51,013 bases of DNA from a virus (IMGVR_UViG_3300020455_000019:1-51013), one strand, 5' to 3'; positions 8,137 to 17,509 are shown, counted from the stretch's first letter. Program-made: numbers and translations. The notes: a model not told the origin generated them from the letters alone.

Positions 8137-8164
8137 TGAACAGTTTAGTCACATGCTCAGGTGA
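8137..8164 (-). ncRNA. Candidate small H-type pseudoknot in an intercistronic leader
   Basis: UCAC-CUGAGCAU-GUGA stem-loop whose loop UGAGCA pairs with downstream UGUUCA. Confidence 0.45.
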
Positions 8165-8170
8165 TGATGT

Positions 8171-8932
8171 TTAAGAGCCTGAGAGTCTAAGAGAAGACTT
8201 GCCAGATACTTGCTTACCTAAACCAACTTTTGAGCCAGCTTCACGTCCTGATTCACGTCCTGAACCACCGCCTGTAAATCCACTACCTTTGCCTAATCGT
8301 GGATAAGTTTTGTGCATTAAAGCTTTACTAATATCCATTTCAGTGGAGTTTTTACCTCTAACAACCATTGCTGATTGATTAACTGATTCATTATTAATTT
8401 GAATTGTTCTACCTTCTTTTTCTTCGGCTTTTTTCATTTCATTCAACCTAGTCCAAACTTGATTAGCCCATGCTTTTCTAAATGAGAAATTAAAATCTCT
8501 TTTAAACCTATAACCATTAACATACTTTTTACGCTCATCAAGCAAAGCACGATCTAATGCACCTAATAAGTATTCTGTATAAAGCTTGATCTGGACTTCA
8601 TTTCCTTTCGTTGCAAATACCTCGAAATGATCTCTACAAATAACAATCTCACCATTGAAGAATCTTGCAACTCCTCCAAGAATAATTTGTTCAGATGGAG
8701 TAACTCTATTGAAAAAGATTTTACCATCACGATTAACATATTTCCAAGTAGTAGGCTCTTTTAAAGTGTCATCTAAATCAGAAGAATTAATTTTACGTTC
8801 TAACTCAGCCTGAGTAATTCCGTATTTTTTAAGCTGATCTTGTAGCTTAGCTTCAGCAACTTTACGCTCATTAGCGTTAGAGCTTGAAGTCATGCCAAGG
8901 ATCTTGGCTAAGAATGAATAATCGTTTGTCAT
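8171..8932 (-). CDS. DUF2786-like N-terminal domain protein
   Basis: LAKILGMTSSSNANERKVAEAKLQDQLKKYGI N-terminus and Gly-rich GRESGREAG C-terminus typical of the family. Confidence 0.7.
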   Translation of the reverse strand: MTNDYSFLAKILGMTSSSNANERKVAEAKLQDQLKKYGITQAELERKINSSDLDDTLKEPTTWKYVNRDGKIFFNRVTPSEQIILGGVARFFNGEIVICRDHFEVFATKGNEVQIKLYTEYLLGALDRALLDERKKYVNGYRFKRDFNFSFRKAWANQVWTRLNEMKKAEEKEGRTIQINNESVNQSAMVVRGKNSTEMDISKALMHKTYPRLGKGSGFTGGGSGRESGREAGSKVGLGKQVSGKSSLRLSGS

Positions 8933-8960
8933 AAAAGATAGGTCTGTTGAAGACTCATTT

Positions 8961-9008
8961 AATATACCAGATAAGATATTGAAACGCTAGTCTGTAACAA
9001 TTCGCAAT
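8961..9008 (-). promoter_or_regulatory. Early promoter for the 6252-8932 operon
   Basis: Extended -10 TGGTATATT; RATAT spacer motif and upstream octamer pair as in the other early promoters. Confidence 0.5.
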
Positions 9009-9808
9009 CAATCAGATTCTTTCCAATAATCTTTTATTGCAATTATTCCTCTTTGTGTTTTACTGTTCATTGGATATAAATTTCTTAAACGCTTATCGTT
9101 TGGCTTAACAACAATTCCATCTGTAGGAATATAGTTTGAAAAGAATTGACTATCTAGCCATAAATTATGGCACTGTTTTATGTAGTCCCTTTTAACTATT
9201 TGATCAGCTATCGCAAAGCGTGGTATTTCAAAACCCCAACCACTTTGTAAGAATCTAAGCTGATCTAATTCAGTTGTATAACGATCAACTACTTGAAAAG
9301 CACAAAAGTTAATTTGTGAATCAATCTTATCAGGTGCTTTTTTTCTTATATGACCTGCTGCAAGTCTCTGTGATGTTGCGGGTGCTTCATTAGGTGCGTA
9401 AAGCTCACCTCTTATATGAACTACACCTCTTGCGTCAATAAACTGAGGAATATTTTCAATAAAACGCATGTGATAAGTTTTATCCTTGCCAGTCCTGTTG
9501 AAAGCAGCTACAAAAATTCCATCAACATACCTAAGCAAAATTGCAATGCCATCAATCTTAGGTTGGATAATTAAGGTTTCTTTGTCTGGAATTTTCTTGT
9601 ACCAATCATCAAAAGCATTTGTATCTATTCCTTTTAGTGCGAGTCCTTCATCAATCTTGTTAAGTACAGGATGATCTGGTGCAACAGATTTTAATTGTTT
9701 TTCTAACTGATTAAATTCTTGATCGCTTATCCTTGCGAGTCCCGCCCTATATAGTTCGCTATGCAATAAATAGTTGCCTGCGAGTTTCTCAATGTCAATC
9801 TTTTTCAT
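9008..9808 (-). CDS. Stand-alone NAD-dependent DNA ligase adenylation domain (truncated LigA-like)
   Basis: Subdomain Ia (YRAG..ISDQEFNQL), motif I PKIDG, RGELY, FCAFQ, TDGIVVK, IAIK, then stop; no OB/Zn/HhH/BRCT domains; start placed at MKKIDI. Confidence 0.8.
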   Translation of the reverse strand: MKKIDIEKLAGNYLLHSELYRAGLARISDQEFNQLEKQLKSVAPDHPVLNKIDEGLALKGIDTNAFDDWYKKIPDKETLIIQPKIDGIAILLRYVDGIFVAAFNRTGKDKTYHMRFIENIPQFIDARGVVHIRGELYAPNEAPATSQRLAAGHIRKKAPDKIDSQINFCAFQVVDRYTTELDQLRFLQSGWGFEIPRFAIADQIVKRDYIKQCHNLWLDSQFFSNYIPTDGIVVKPNDKRLRNLYPMNSKTQRGIIAIKDYWKESD

Positions 9809-9862
9809 GTATATAAGAGATAAATGATAGGGCATAAAGCCAATATCAATATAGTATTAGTA

Positions 9863-10633
9863 TTAACCCTTGTCAATTGCAGCTTTAACTTCTTTAAGCC
9901 ACATCTCAGGAAATATTTTTTTCGCTTCATCGATGGCAAGCTTGTAATAGTCGTAAGTCTTTGGAACCTTTGGTTCTTTAGTTGTGTAGTAAAACAATTG
10001 ATTTTGAACTGTATTTGCTTTCACCCTGTAAACACCACCACCTAATGCAAATACACCTTTTTCCTTGCCAGTCTTCTCGACTGGGACACTAACAAGTCTT
10101 GACATTGATTGTGTTTTCTTTTTACTTGCACGTTTAGCAAGACCTATAGGAGAAGAACTGCCTACTTTCCTGTTAGACCTAGCAAGTCCTGCGAGTGTTT
10201 GAGCGTAAAACCATGCTGGAGTTTTCTTACCTTTAAATCCATTATTAGGACTAGGAATAGCCCAAGTACCATCTTTAATATAATTTTGCGCTCTTAATGC
10301 TTTAGTAAATCTTGTTGTATAAGCCGCACCACCTGAAACCATAGGAGGAAAAAGATACTTTGCAGGTGCGTTACCTTTTCCTTCTGCTTCATTAACACTT
10401 AACTCAAGCCTATTATTATCAACAATTCCGTAACGAATACTGTTTAAGGTGTAAGGTGCTGCTTGCTCGCCAATTCTAAAATTAGCCTTCATTTGTTTTG
10501 GTATAACATTTTTCTTCATTTCAAAGCCAAGCTTCCTTAAAGCACGACCTCCAGAATATTTAAGCTGGGATTGTTCAAGAACATTTAAAGTCTTAAAAAG
10601 TTTCTTAGCTTCAAACTTAACGTACTGTCCCAT
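9863..10633 (-). CDS. Basic conserved phage protein, putative neck/tail-completion (HK97 gp10/gpZ-like)
   Basis: PYTLNSIRY...APAKYLFPPMVSGG motif and high K/R content. Confidence 0.45.
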   Translation of the reverse strand: MGQYVKFEAKKLFKTLNVLEQSQLKYSGGRALRKLGFEMKKNVIPKQMKANFRIGEQAAPYTLNSIRYGIVDNNRLELSVNEAEGKGNAPAKYLFPPMVSGGAAYTTRFTKALRAQNYIKDGTWAIPSPNNGFKGKKTPAWFYAQTLAGLARSNRKVGSSSPIGLAKRASKKKTQSMSRLVSVPVEKTGKEKGVFALGGGVYRVKANTVQNQLFYYTTKEPKVPKTYDYYKLAIDEAKKIFPEMWLKEVKAAIDKG

Positions 10634-10680
10634 TGTTAATATCTCAAAGAGCCTATGTATATATTAGCGGGTCTTCGGCG

Positions 10681-10910
10681 TAAGACTGGTGTCCTATGCG
10701 ACCTAACCCCCCGTATCGTTTTCAAACTTTTCCGTTTTACTATTGCGTTATCCAACATACAGCCCTTTTCCCCCTATACCTCTATAACTATATAAAAACA
10801 TACTAATTAATGATTAAGGTTAAGACTAGGACGTTTCCTTCAAAGTTCTTGATATGAGGAGGTGGCAACCTCGTCCGACCTAGACTCTTCTAACTCATAG
10901 GTATGGACAC
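10681..10910. promoter_or_regulatory. Candidate replication origin
   Basis: GTCC..ACCT/TAACC motifs in inverted orientation around an AT-rich spacer at the 3' end of the primase-helicase gene. Confidence 0.35.
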
Positions 10911-13083
10911 CCATTAATTCTCGTATGTAGACCCATTTGCGACTGTTTTTTGGCCCTCTACGCTTTTTCACAAGTCCCAAGTCCTTCAATATGGTTGCAA
11001 CTTGCATCTGGTCATAGCGTGATTGTCTTTCTAAAGGTTTTTCAATTACCTCAGTTAATATTTTATTAGTGGTAAATTCTTGAAGTGCATTGACTGGTGA
11101 ATTTACATAATCTGCGATCTTATTTTTCCAAGGATTATCTATTAAATATTTCTCATTTTTCTCATTAATTGTAAGTTCAGTTTCAACTGGAAGTTGCCAA
11201 GGAGTTTTATTTTTATACTCGCAAACAGCCTGTGACCAAAGCTGGTCAACTTCCATAGATAAGCCGTCACAATTAATTTGATTTTCAATAGTACAAGATG
11301 TTTCTATAACCCAGAATCTTCTTGATCCAGTTTCATCCAAAAGGAAACCATCGTGTCTGTTAGTTGAACCTACAATAATGCCTCTACGGGGAAAATCTTC
11401 TGTAACTTTGCCATAGGGAACTCTAAACATATCGGTTGATTGCGAGAGGAAAGCTTTAATTTCTCCAGACTGTTTTTTTGAATTGATATGATCCAATTCG
11501 GACATCTCCATTATCCATGAACGGTGCATGATCATTAATGCGTCCTTTGTAGAAATATCTTTAAGTGCGTCAGAAAAGAATTTACCCCCCAAGACGGCCC
11601 AAAAAGAAGATTTCCTAGCACCTTGTGGTCCCATAAGAACACAAGCATTATCGAATTTGCAACCTGGTTCGTAAACCCTTGCTACCGCTGCGATCATGGT
11701 ACATTTCAACATTTGATCGTAGATTGTTGGTTCTTCTAAAACAGCATCTTCAGGTCTTAGGTATGTGCTTGCAAGTCTGTCGATTGAGATAGGAGATTCT
11801 TTATCTCTACATTTTTCTAGATATTCTTTAACTGGGTCATAGTCATTTTCTCTAGCAACTTGTACTACGCAGTCATAAGCCAAGTCTTTTGAAATCTTAT
11901 GTCCGTGGTCAGCAAGTGCTAGATAGAATCGTTCAGGTGAAGCTGCACCTTGACATACAGTTTCAGCAAATTCAATTTGTTGCGTAAAAATGTTGTATCT
12001 AAAATCTCTTTTTTTTCTAAGTGCAAATAATAAATCATGCGCTTCAAGTCTTTCTAACCTTTCACCACTACGTTCTATATCTGAATCTTCATTATTAGTT
12101 TCTTCGTTCACATTGTTTACTCTTTGAGGAGGAGTAAAAAAATCAAAATTAGGAGGTAAAACAGTTACATTAGACCGAGGAACGTAACCATTTTTTATAG
12201 CCCAATACCAAAAAGTACCTGCTGTAATATCTTTACCGCCTGAGTTAGCAATTTGATCTATGCCACCCCAAGAAGGAGAGTGTGATTGCATAAGATTTGT
12301 TGCGTAAACGCTGTCTTTACCAGCATCTTCACAAGCTTTTATTAACCCCCAGAGTATATTTCTATACATGTGATATGTATTACTACCAGGCGTTCTTTGA
12401 GGAATACAATTCAATGCTTTTTCCACGACCTCTATTGGTTCTTTTCTGTAGTCTTTGTACTCTGAACTTTGTTTTATTTGCTCATTTACTTTGGCAGTTG
12501 GTAAACAACCTTCGATATCCTTGACGGAATAAAGTTTGTCAGAGTTATGAATAATTGTAGTTAAACCGCCTGCACTTCCATCTTCATTCATGTGATAAGT
12601 ACCAGGTAATCTCATCACTCTGGAAGGATTTTTTAAGGCTCTATCTGCATCAGCGTGATCTAATAATCTTTCTTGAATAGGCTTCCAAGTTTTTGGATCA
12701 ATAGATTTTTTTAGAATCCAATAATTGTGTATGGACTTACCGCCTGTATCTATTTGAAGGCTTGGTTCGGGGAGTCCCAAGTCTTTCCAAGCAAAGATCT
12801 GATCTTTTTTCGGCCTGTCATCCCATTCGCAAAAAAAAGCTTTACAATGCGTGATCGAGGAATCGGTGTCACCACCATCATTAACAACGATATAAACACC
12901 ACGCCCTTCTTCTTGGCATTGCGTAATCCATTTAAGATCTGCATTAGATTTTTTACCACGATCACGATCTTTAAGAGGATGACCTTTTGGATAAAAGGAT
13001 CTAAGCCTGACTTGATCTTTTGTTTTGTTTAGAAGTTGGGTAAATATTCTCCATTGGTTACGATCTAGTTTTAATTCGCTCAT
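10840..13083 (-). CDS. Primase-helicase: RepB-like/AEP primase + PriCT-like + VapE (virulence-associated E) P-loop ATPase
   Basis: DTGGKSIHNYW, KNPSRVMRLPG; YDPVKEYL, PGCKFD, GPQGARKSS Walker A, EMSELD, DETGSRRFW. Confidence 0.9.
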   Translation of the reverse strand: MSELKLDRNQWRIFTQLLNKTKDQVRLRSFYPKGHPLKDRDRGKKSNADLKWITQCQEEGRGVYIVVNDGGDTDSSITHCKAFFCEWDDRPKKDQIFAWKDLGLPEPSLQIDTGGKSIHNYWILKKSIDPKTWKPIQERLLDHADADRALKNPSRVMRLPGTYHMNEDGSAGGLTTIIHNSDKLYSVKDIEGCLPTAKVNEQIKQSSEYKDYRKEPIEVVEKALNCIPQRTPGSNTYHMYRNILWGLIKACEDAGKDSVYATNLMQSHSPSWGGIDQIANSGGKDITAGTFWYWAIKNGYVPRSNVTVLPPNFDFFTPPQRVNNVNEETNNEDSDIERSGERLERLEAHDLLFALRKKRDFRYNIFTQQIEFAETVCQGAASPERFYLALADHGHKISKDLAYDCVVQVARENDYDPVKEYLEKCRDKESPISIDRLASTYLRPEDAVLEEPTIYDQMLKCTMIAAVARVYEPGCKFDNACVLMGPQGARKSSFWAVLGGKFFSDALKDISTKDALMIMHRSWIMEMSELDHINSKKQSGEIKAFLSQSTDMFRVPYGKVTEDFPRRGIIVGSTNRHDGFLLDETGSRRFWVIETSCTIENQINCDGLSMEVDQLWSQAVCEYKNKTPWQLPVETELTINEKNEKYLIDNPWKNKIADYVNSPVNALQEFTTNKILTEVIEKPLERQSRYDQMQVATILKDLGLVKKRRGPKNSRKWVYIRELMGVHTYELEESRSDEVATSSYQEL

Positions 13084-13450
13084 TTAGATAAGAGATAGGA
13101 TTAGAAATTATTTGAATAGCGTCTTGAACGCTACGAGCAACGCCCGTGATGCCGCCTGCTTTATTTACGCAGGAAAGCCAATTATGCTGCATAGTTGAGA
13201 GTTTGCCCTTAGCAGTTTTCACTTCGATACTTGTAAAGACTGCAAGTTTTTGTCCAACCATGTCTGAAGTGACTTCAATAGTTTTAAAGCCGATTAGATC
13301 AGAAGATCCTTTAGCCAAACCAAATTGAACTGGTCTTCCTGTTCTTAGGTCTGGAAGTTGTCCTACTTGGTTACGAAACATTCGGAGGTCGGGGAGTTGC
13401 CCCAAAGCAAGTCTTATCTCCTGTTGAAGTGTTGTTTCTTTGTTGCTCAA
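13058..13450 (-). CDS. VRR-NUC family nuclease (probable Holliday junction resolvase)
   Basis: GLAKGSSDLIG...IEVKTAKGKLSTMQ..W...GG PD-(D/E)xK pattern. Confidence 0.88.
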   Translation of the reverse strand: MSNKETTLQQEIRLALGQLPDLRMFRNQVGQLPDLRTGRPVQFGLAKGSSDLIGFKTIEVTSDMVGQKLAVFTSIEVKTAKGKLSTMQHNWLSCVNKAGGITGVARSVQDAIQIISNPISYLNERIKTRS

Positions 13451-13473
13451 AAGGATAAGTTATTTTCATCAGA

Positions 13474-14163
13474 TTAAAACAGAAGTGTTTGGGTTGCAGC
13501 AAGATGGCTGGAGTCGTATCTGTAGTTATCACCTTTGGGATATGGTTCTATTTCGTAAGCTAAGTTTCTAAGCATTTCTTTTTTATCCTTTTTTGTTCCT
13601 AGTAGATAAAAGTATCTGTGTTTTCGTGGTCTGTCTTTTAGATATAAATCGTCACCATAAATTGCTTTAAGTTTGTCAATCTTGCCTTTTTCTACTCCTC
13701 TGCCAGCGTGATCCATAACGGAGGCACTATGCAGATGTTCCATACCTTTAATTTTGTAATCAGTGCGTTTAGCGGATAAGCCTGTGTAAATAAAATTGGT
13801 GGCTTGATAAATATATCCGTGGTGATTTAGTGAGGTGTCAGCGTAACTGACTACTACAACAGGGGAAGGGAGTTGTTTGAGTGTGGATGAAACAAAGAAA
13901 CTTAGCGAGTTTTTGGGAAGATTATCGTTGACCACTAATCTATTTAATTCAAGAAAATTATCTTGATAGTGACCATTAAAAGCATGTTTAATTAAGGTAT
14001 GAGCAACAGGTCTGCCATAAGAGCAGATGCCAAGAAGTGAGTTGTTTTCATATAAGCCAAAAGCGTATGAGATGGATGGGATTCTTTTTGCGTAGTGCTT
14101 ATGTAGAAACCATTCCTTACATTCTTGATTCTTAATTTTTAGAACTTTATAATTTTTTATCAC
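13474..14163 (-). CDS. mom: Mom-family adenine modification enzyme (GNAT fold)
   Basis: HYAKRIPSISYAFGL, LELNRLV, VVSYADTSLNHHGYIYQATNFIYTG, KHRYFY motifs. Confidence 0.85.
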   Translation of the reverse strand: MIKNYKVLKIKNQECKEWFLHKHYAKRIPSISYAFGLYENNSLLGICSYGRPVAHTLIKHAFNGHYQDNFLELNRLVVNDNLPKNSLSFFVSSTLKQLPSPVVVVSYADTSLNHHGYIYQATNFIYTGLSAKRTDYKIKGMEHLHSASVMDHAGRGVEKGKIDKLKAIYGDDLYLKDRPRKHRYFYLLGTKKDKKEMLRNLAYEIEPYPKGDNYRYDSSHLAATQTLLF

Positions 14164-14600
14164 TTAAAACGTCCCTTATCATCTATATCTAAATCTGAGG
14201 CATATAAATGTAACCCATCAAAATAACAGGGTTGGACATGATCCATAAAACTAATAGTGTTTTCTGTATTAAAAAAAGTTCTTGTTCTTGATTGTCCTCC
14301 TCTGTCATGGTTGATTTCAGTTAATGATATACCTTTAATTCCTCCGTCTTTCTTGCACAAGATAGAACAACATTCTTCAAGAATTTTTTTATCAATTCTT
14401 TCAAATTCTAAATCAAATTCTAATTCACCAACGTAAGGCTTTCTAATAAAGAAAGAAATGCGTTTGTGTTGCTCGAAAACATCTGCATCAGTGTTTGTAG
14501 CATATCTAAGAATACTGTCAATTTTTTGATCTTTCATTTTCGATCTAGCTTTTAAGCTTAAATCAATTGCAAGAGGTTTGAAATAAGGATTGTTAGTCAT
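14160..14600 (-). CDS. Hypothetical protein
   Basis: 146-aa ORF overlapping the mom start (GTGA). Confidence 0.65.
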   Translation of the reverse strand: MTNNPYFKPLAIDLSLKARSKMKDQKIDSILRYATNTDADVFEQHKRISFFIRKPYVGELEFDLEFERIDKKILEECCSILCKKDGGIKGISLTEINHDRGGQSRTRTFFNTENTISFMDHVQPCYFDGLHLYASDLDIDDKGRFK

Positions 14601-14636
14601 TGTTTTTAAGAATAAAAGTTATGTAAAAAGGAGTAT

Positions 14637-16064
14637 TTATGACCCCCAATTCCATTTTTCGTTTAAAGTATCGTTTGCAGGTTTTATTGTTTTCATGCCT
14701 TTATTTTTTAAGGCAAAATAAGCCCATCCTTTTTTGTAACCACGCCTTTCAGCAATAGCTAAGAAGTCCTGTAAGGTTTTTGCGTTTTTATATTCAGAAT
14801 TTCTTTGAGTTTTTTCTTCAGCGTTAAGACGAACTTCTTCTCTTTTTAACTCAATTAATTCTGCTTCTTCAAATCTTATTTTGCGTCTCGCTATTTCTTT
14901 TTCAAATCCACAACAAGGACAAACACGTTGAGGTCTGTAGGTTGCAAAACATTTTTCACAAACAGTTACGGATGGAGCTTGTTCATTCTTTCTTTTAGAT
15001 TTTGCTTTGGCATCTAAAGACCAATTTCTTACGTCATCAACAAAACCATGATCTCTTGTACTGTTTACATGATCCAGAACTATGGCAACTTTATCTTTTT
15101 GCGGTCTGAGAATACGTCCGACTTGTTGCATGTATAGCCCTTCAGATTTTGTCGGTCTGAGGAGGATTGCACAGCCAATAATCGGTAAATCAAATCCCTC
15201 TGAGACGACATCAACTGACACAAGGACTTGGATTGATCCATTGGATAGGTCATTAATAACCTGATCTCTATCATCATTCTTCATCTCACCTGTAATTATG
15301 TCAGCCTTAATTCCCGAATCATTAAATTTTTCGGCTACAGCTTCAGCATGATTTATGTCACAACAGAAAGCTACTGATGGAACTCCATTAGCGTGTTTTC
15401 TCCAATGCTCTATGGTGTCTCCTTTGATTACATATTCTTTCATCCTGTTTGCTACTTCTTCTTTAGCAAAATCACCTGCTCTGGTTTTTAATCCATCAAG
15501 GCATACAGGTTTAGGTGCTGCAAAAACTCGGTGGGGAGATAAGTAGCCAAGGTCAACAAGTTCAGGAATAGTTGGGCCAAGTATTAGATCGTCAAAAAAT
15601 TCTTTTAGGCCACGACCATCTAAACGACATGGAGTAGCGGTAACACCTAAAAGAATTGCATCTGAATAATGATTTATTATTTTGCTCCAAGATCCTGCGA
15701 CAGCATGATGGGCTTCATCAATAATAATTAAAGAAGGTTTGAATTTAGTGGTATCAAGTCTTCTGACTAATGTTTGAACTGAGGCTATCTGGGTCGGGGA
15801 GTCTTTAGGTTTGAATTTTGCAGCAATTATTCCGTGGTCTACGTTAATGGCTGCAAGTTTTTCAGATGCTTGTTTTATTAATTCTCTACGGTGAACAAGG
15901 ATAAGTACGTTGTTGTTTTTATCGACTGCACTTTGAGTTATTTGAGAAAAGACAACAGTCTTTCCTGCTCCAGTTGGCATGACAAGTAACGCAGCTTTAG
16001 TGCCATGCCCAAATGAATTTCTGCAATTTTGAATCGCTTCAGTTTGATACTTTCTTTGTTCCAC
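14637..16064 (-). CDS. Superfamily 2 DEAH helicase with C-terminal Zn ribbon
   Basis: MPTGAGKT, IIDEAHH, TATP, SEGFD, QQVGRILR, CEKC..CPCC. Confidence 0.95.
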   Translation of the reverse strand: MEQRKYQTEAIQNCRNSFGHGTKAALLVMPTGAGKTVVFSQITQSAVDKNNNVLILVHRRELIKQASEKLAAINVDHGIIAAKFKPKDSPTQIASVQTLVRRLDTTKFKPSLIIIDEAHHAVAGSWSKIINHYSDAILLGVTATPCRLDGRGLKEFFDDLILGPTIPELVDLGYLSPHRVFAAPKPVCLDGLKTRAGDFAKEEVANRMKEYVIKGDTIEHWRKHANGVPSVAFCCDINHAEAVAEKFNDSGIKADIITGEMKNDDRDQVINDLSNGSIQVLVSVDVVSEGFDLPIIGCAILLRPTKSEGLYMQQVGRILRPQKDKVAIVLDHVNSTRDHGFVDDVRNWSLDAKAKSKRKNEQAPSVTVCEKCFATYRPQRVCPCCGFEKEIARRKIRFEEAELIELKREEVRLNAEEKTQRNSEYKNAKTLQDFLAIAERRGYKKGWAYFALKNKGMKTIKPANDTLNEKWNWGS

Positions 16065-16066
16065 AT

Positions 16067-16387
16067 TTATGACCCAAGATAATCGTTAACAAGATCTGTT
16101 CCGTAAACAAGAATTTCTTCTGGAAAAGGGTCGGGGCTTGTCAAAACATAATCAAGATTTTTATATCCAGATCCATCTAGCCAATCCTTTAGTTGTTGAT
16201 CTTCTTCAAGATTTTTTAAAACATCTTCCCAAAGAGACTCAACGGATGTATCAAAAGCTTTTTCTAGCTCTTTGACTGTTAATACTGTTTTTGATGAAAC
16301 ATTGATACTAATTGGATTATAACTATCTCCATCTTCAGGAGAACTGGAAGGATAACGATAAACGCCAACTAATAAATAGTAAATCAT
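16067..16387 (-). CDS. Hypothetical acidic protein
   Basis: 106-aa ORF, first gene of the leftward replication operon. Confidence 0.6.
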   Translation of the reverse strand: MIYYLLVGVYRYPSSSPEDGDSYNPISINVSSKTVLTVKELEKAFDTSVESLWEDVLKNLEEDQQLKDWLDGSGYKNLDYVLTSPDPFPEEILVYGTDLVNDYLGS

Positions 16388-16413
16388 AATTAATTAATCA
16401 AAAGTTATTTTGA

Positions 16414-16453
16414 GTTGCATAAGGTTGCATCTCACAGTATCAGGGTATATGAT
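16414..16453 (+). promoter_or_regulatory. Sigma70 promoter with a 10-bp-phased GTTGCAT direct repeat
   Basis: TTGCAT(16425)-N17-TATGAT(16448) in the divergent intergenic region. Confidence 0.75.
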
Positions 16454-16475
16454 GTGACAAGTTTACGCAACCCTT

Positions 16476-17336
16476 ATGAAAGGCAATGTCCAGCTAACTA
16501 ACGAGGAGTATCACTCTAAAAAAGAGTACATTTCAAAGTCTGCTTTAGATGCTGCAAGTAAAAGTGGAATTCATTATAGACACTATGCAGAAGGGCCAAA
16601 ATCAAAGCCAACTCCAGCCATGCGGATCGGATCTGCTTTTCATGGATTAATCCTTGAGCCAGAAATTTTTGATGATGAATTTATTTACAAACCTGAATTT
16701 CTAAACGCAAGAAGTAAAGAAGGTAAAGAATGGAAGGCTACTCAAGAAGAAGCTAACAAGATTGTTTTAAACGAGGATGACAAAGATCAGTTAGAGGCAA
16801 TGAAAAAGTCTCTATTTGATTGCGCTCCTGCTAAGAAGTTACTAGAAGCTACTGGAAAAGCAGAGCAAAGTTATTTTTGGGAAGATAAGGAAACTGGTCT
16901 TGGCTGCAAGTGCCGCCCTGATTATTTACTAGAAGATGGAGGAACAATTGTAGATTTAAAAACTACAACTGATGCTTCTTATAGAGGCTTTTTAAAAAGC
17001 ATTTCTAACTTCAGGTATCACGTTCAATCTGGCTGGTACATGAATGGTTTAGAGCAAGCAACTGGGACTAGGCCAGAGCGTTTTATTTTTATTGCAGTAG
17101 AAAAGACTGCTCCTTATGGAATTGGTGTTTATGAAGCTGACTTGTATATGACTGTTAATGGTTATGACCAAGCCAGAATTGATTTGCAGAAGATTGCTAA
17201 ATGGAAGGAAGAGGAAAGGTATCCAAATTATTGCACCGAGATACAACAAATCAGTTTGCCATCTTGGATGACTGGTGCTGTAAAAGGCAAGCCTCCTGTT
17301 GGCTATGACTCTATTCCTGACATTACTTTATTCTGA
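16476..17336 (+). CDS. RecE/exonuclease VIII-like PD-(D/E)xK exonuclease
   Basis: EYH..ISKS, GSAFHGLILEP, CKCRPD, IVDLKTT, YHVQ..WY, FIAVEKTAPY. Confidence 0.9.
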   Translation: MKGNVQLTNEEYHSKKEYISKSALDAASKSGIHYRHYAEGPKSKPTPAMRIGSAFHGLILEPEIFDDEFIYKPEFLNARSKEGKEWKATQEEANKIVLNEDDKDQLEAMKKSLFDCAPAKKLLEATGKAEQSYFWEDKETGLGCKCRPDYLLEDGGTIVDLKTTTDASYRGFLKSISNFRYHVQSGWYMNGLEQATGTRPERFIFIAVEKTAPYGIGVYEADLYMTVNGYDQARIDLQKIAKWKEEERYPNYCTEIQQISLPSWMTGAVKGKPPVGYDSIPDITLF

Positions 17337-17509
17337 TGGCTCAATTTACTGAATTAGATCCTCTCCAAGAGTACATATTTGATGTCATACCAGCAGAAGT
17401 CAAAGGTGAAAAGATTTCTGCAAATGGAAGGTCACTACACGAAGCCTATGAAGTTGTAAGGGCTATTTACCCTGACGCAACTATCACATGGAAAGGCAAA
17501 AAGGTATGA
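17336..17509 (+). CDS. Small hypothetical protein (57 aa)
   Basis: MAQFTELDPLQEYIFDV...YPDATITWKGKKV; TGATG and ATGA overlaps; below the ORF-track cutoff. Confidence 0.7.
   Translation: MAQFTELDPLQEYIFDVIPAEVKGEKISANGRSLHEAYEVVRAIYPDATITWKGKKV

Noticed and set aside
9008-9808. Pseudogene of ligA
   Set aside because: The ORF is uninterrupted, ends at a domain boundary, has its own leader, and no remnant of the missing domains follows
6301-10197. Genome-wide polar GCGAGT motif (Chi-like)
   Set aside because: Several plus-strand copies occur here, but reverse-orientation copies also occur (e.g. near 3629, 7783, 18223); not supportable without counts
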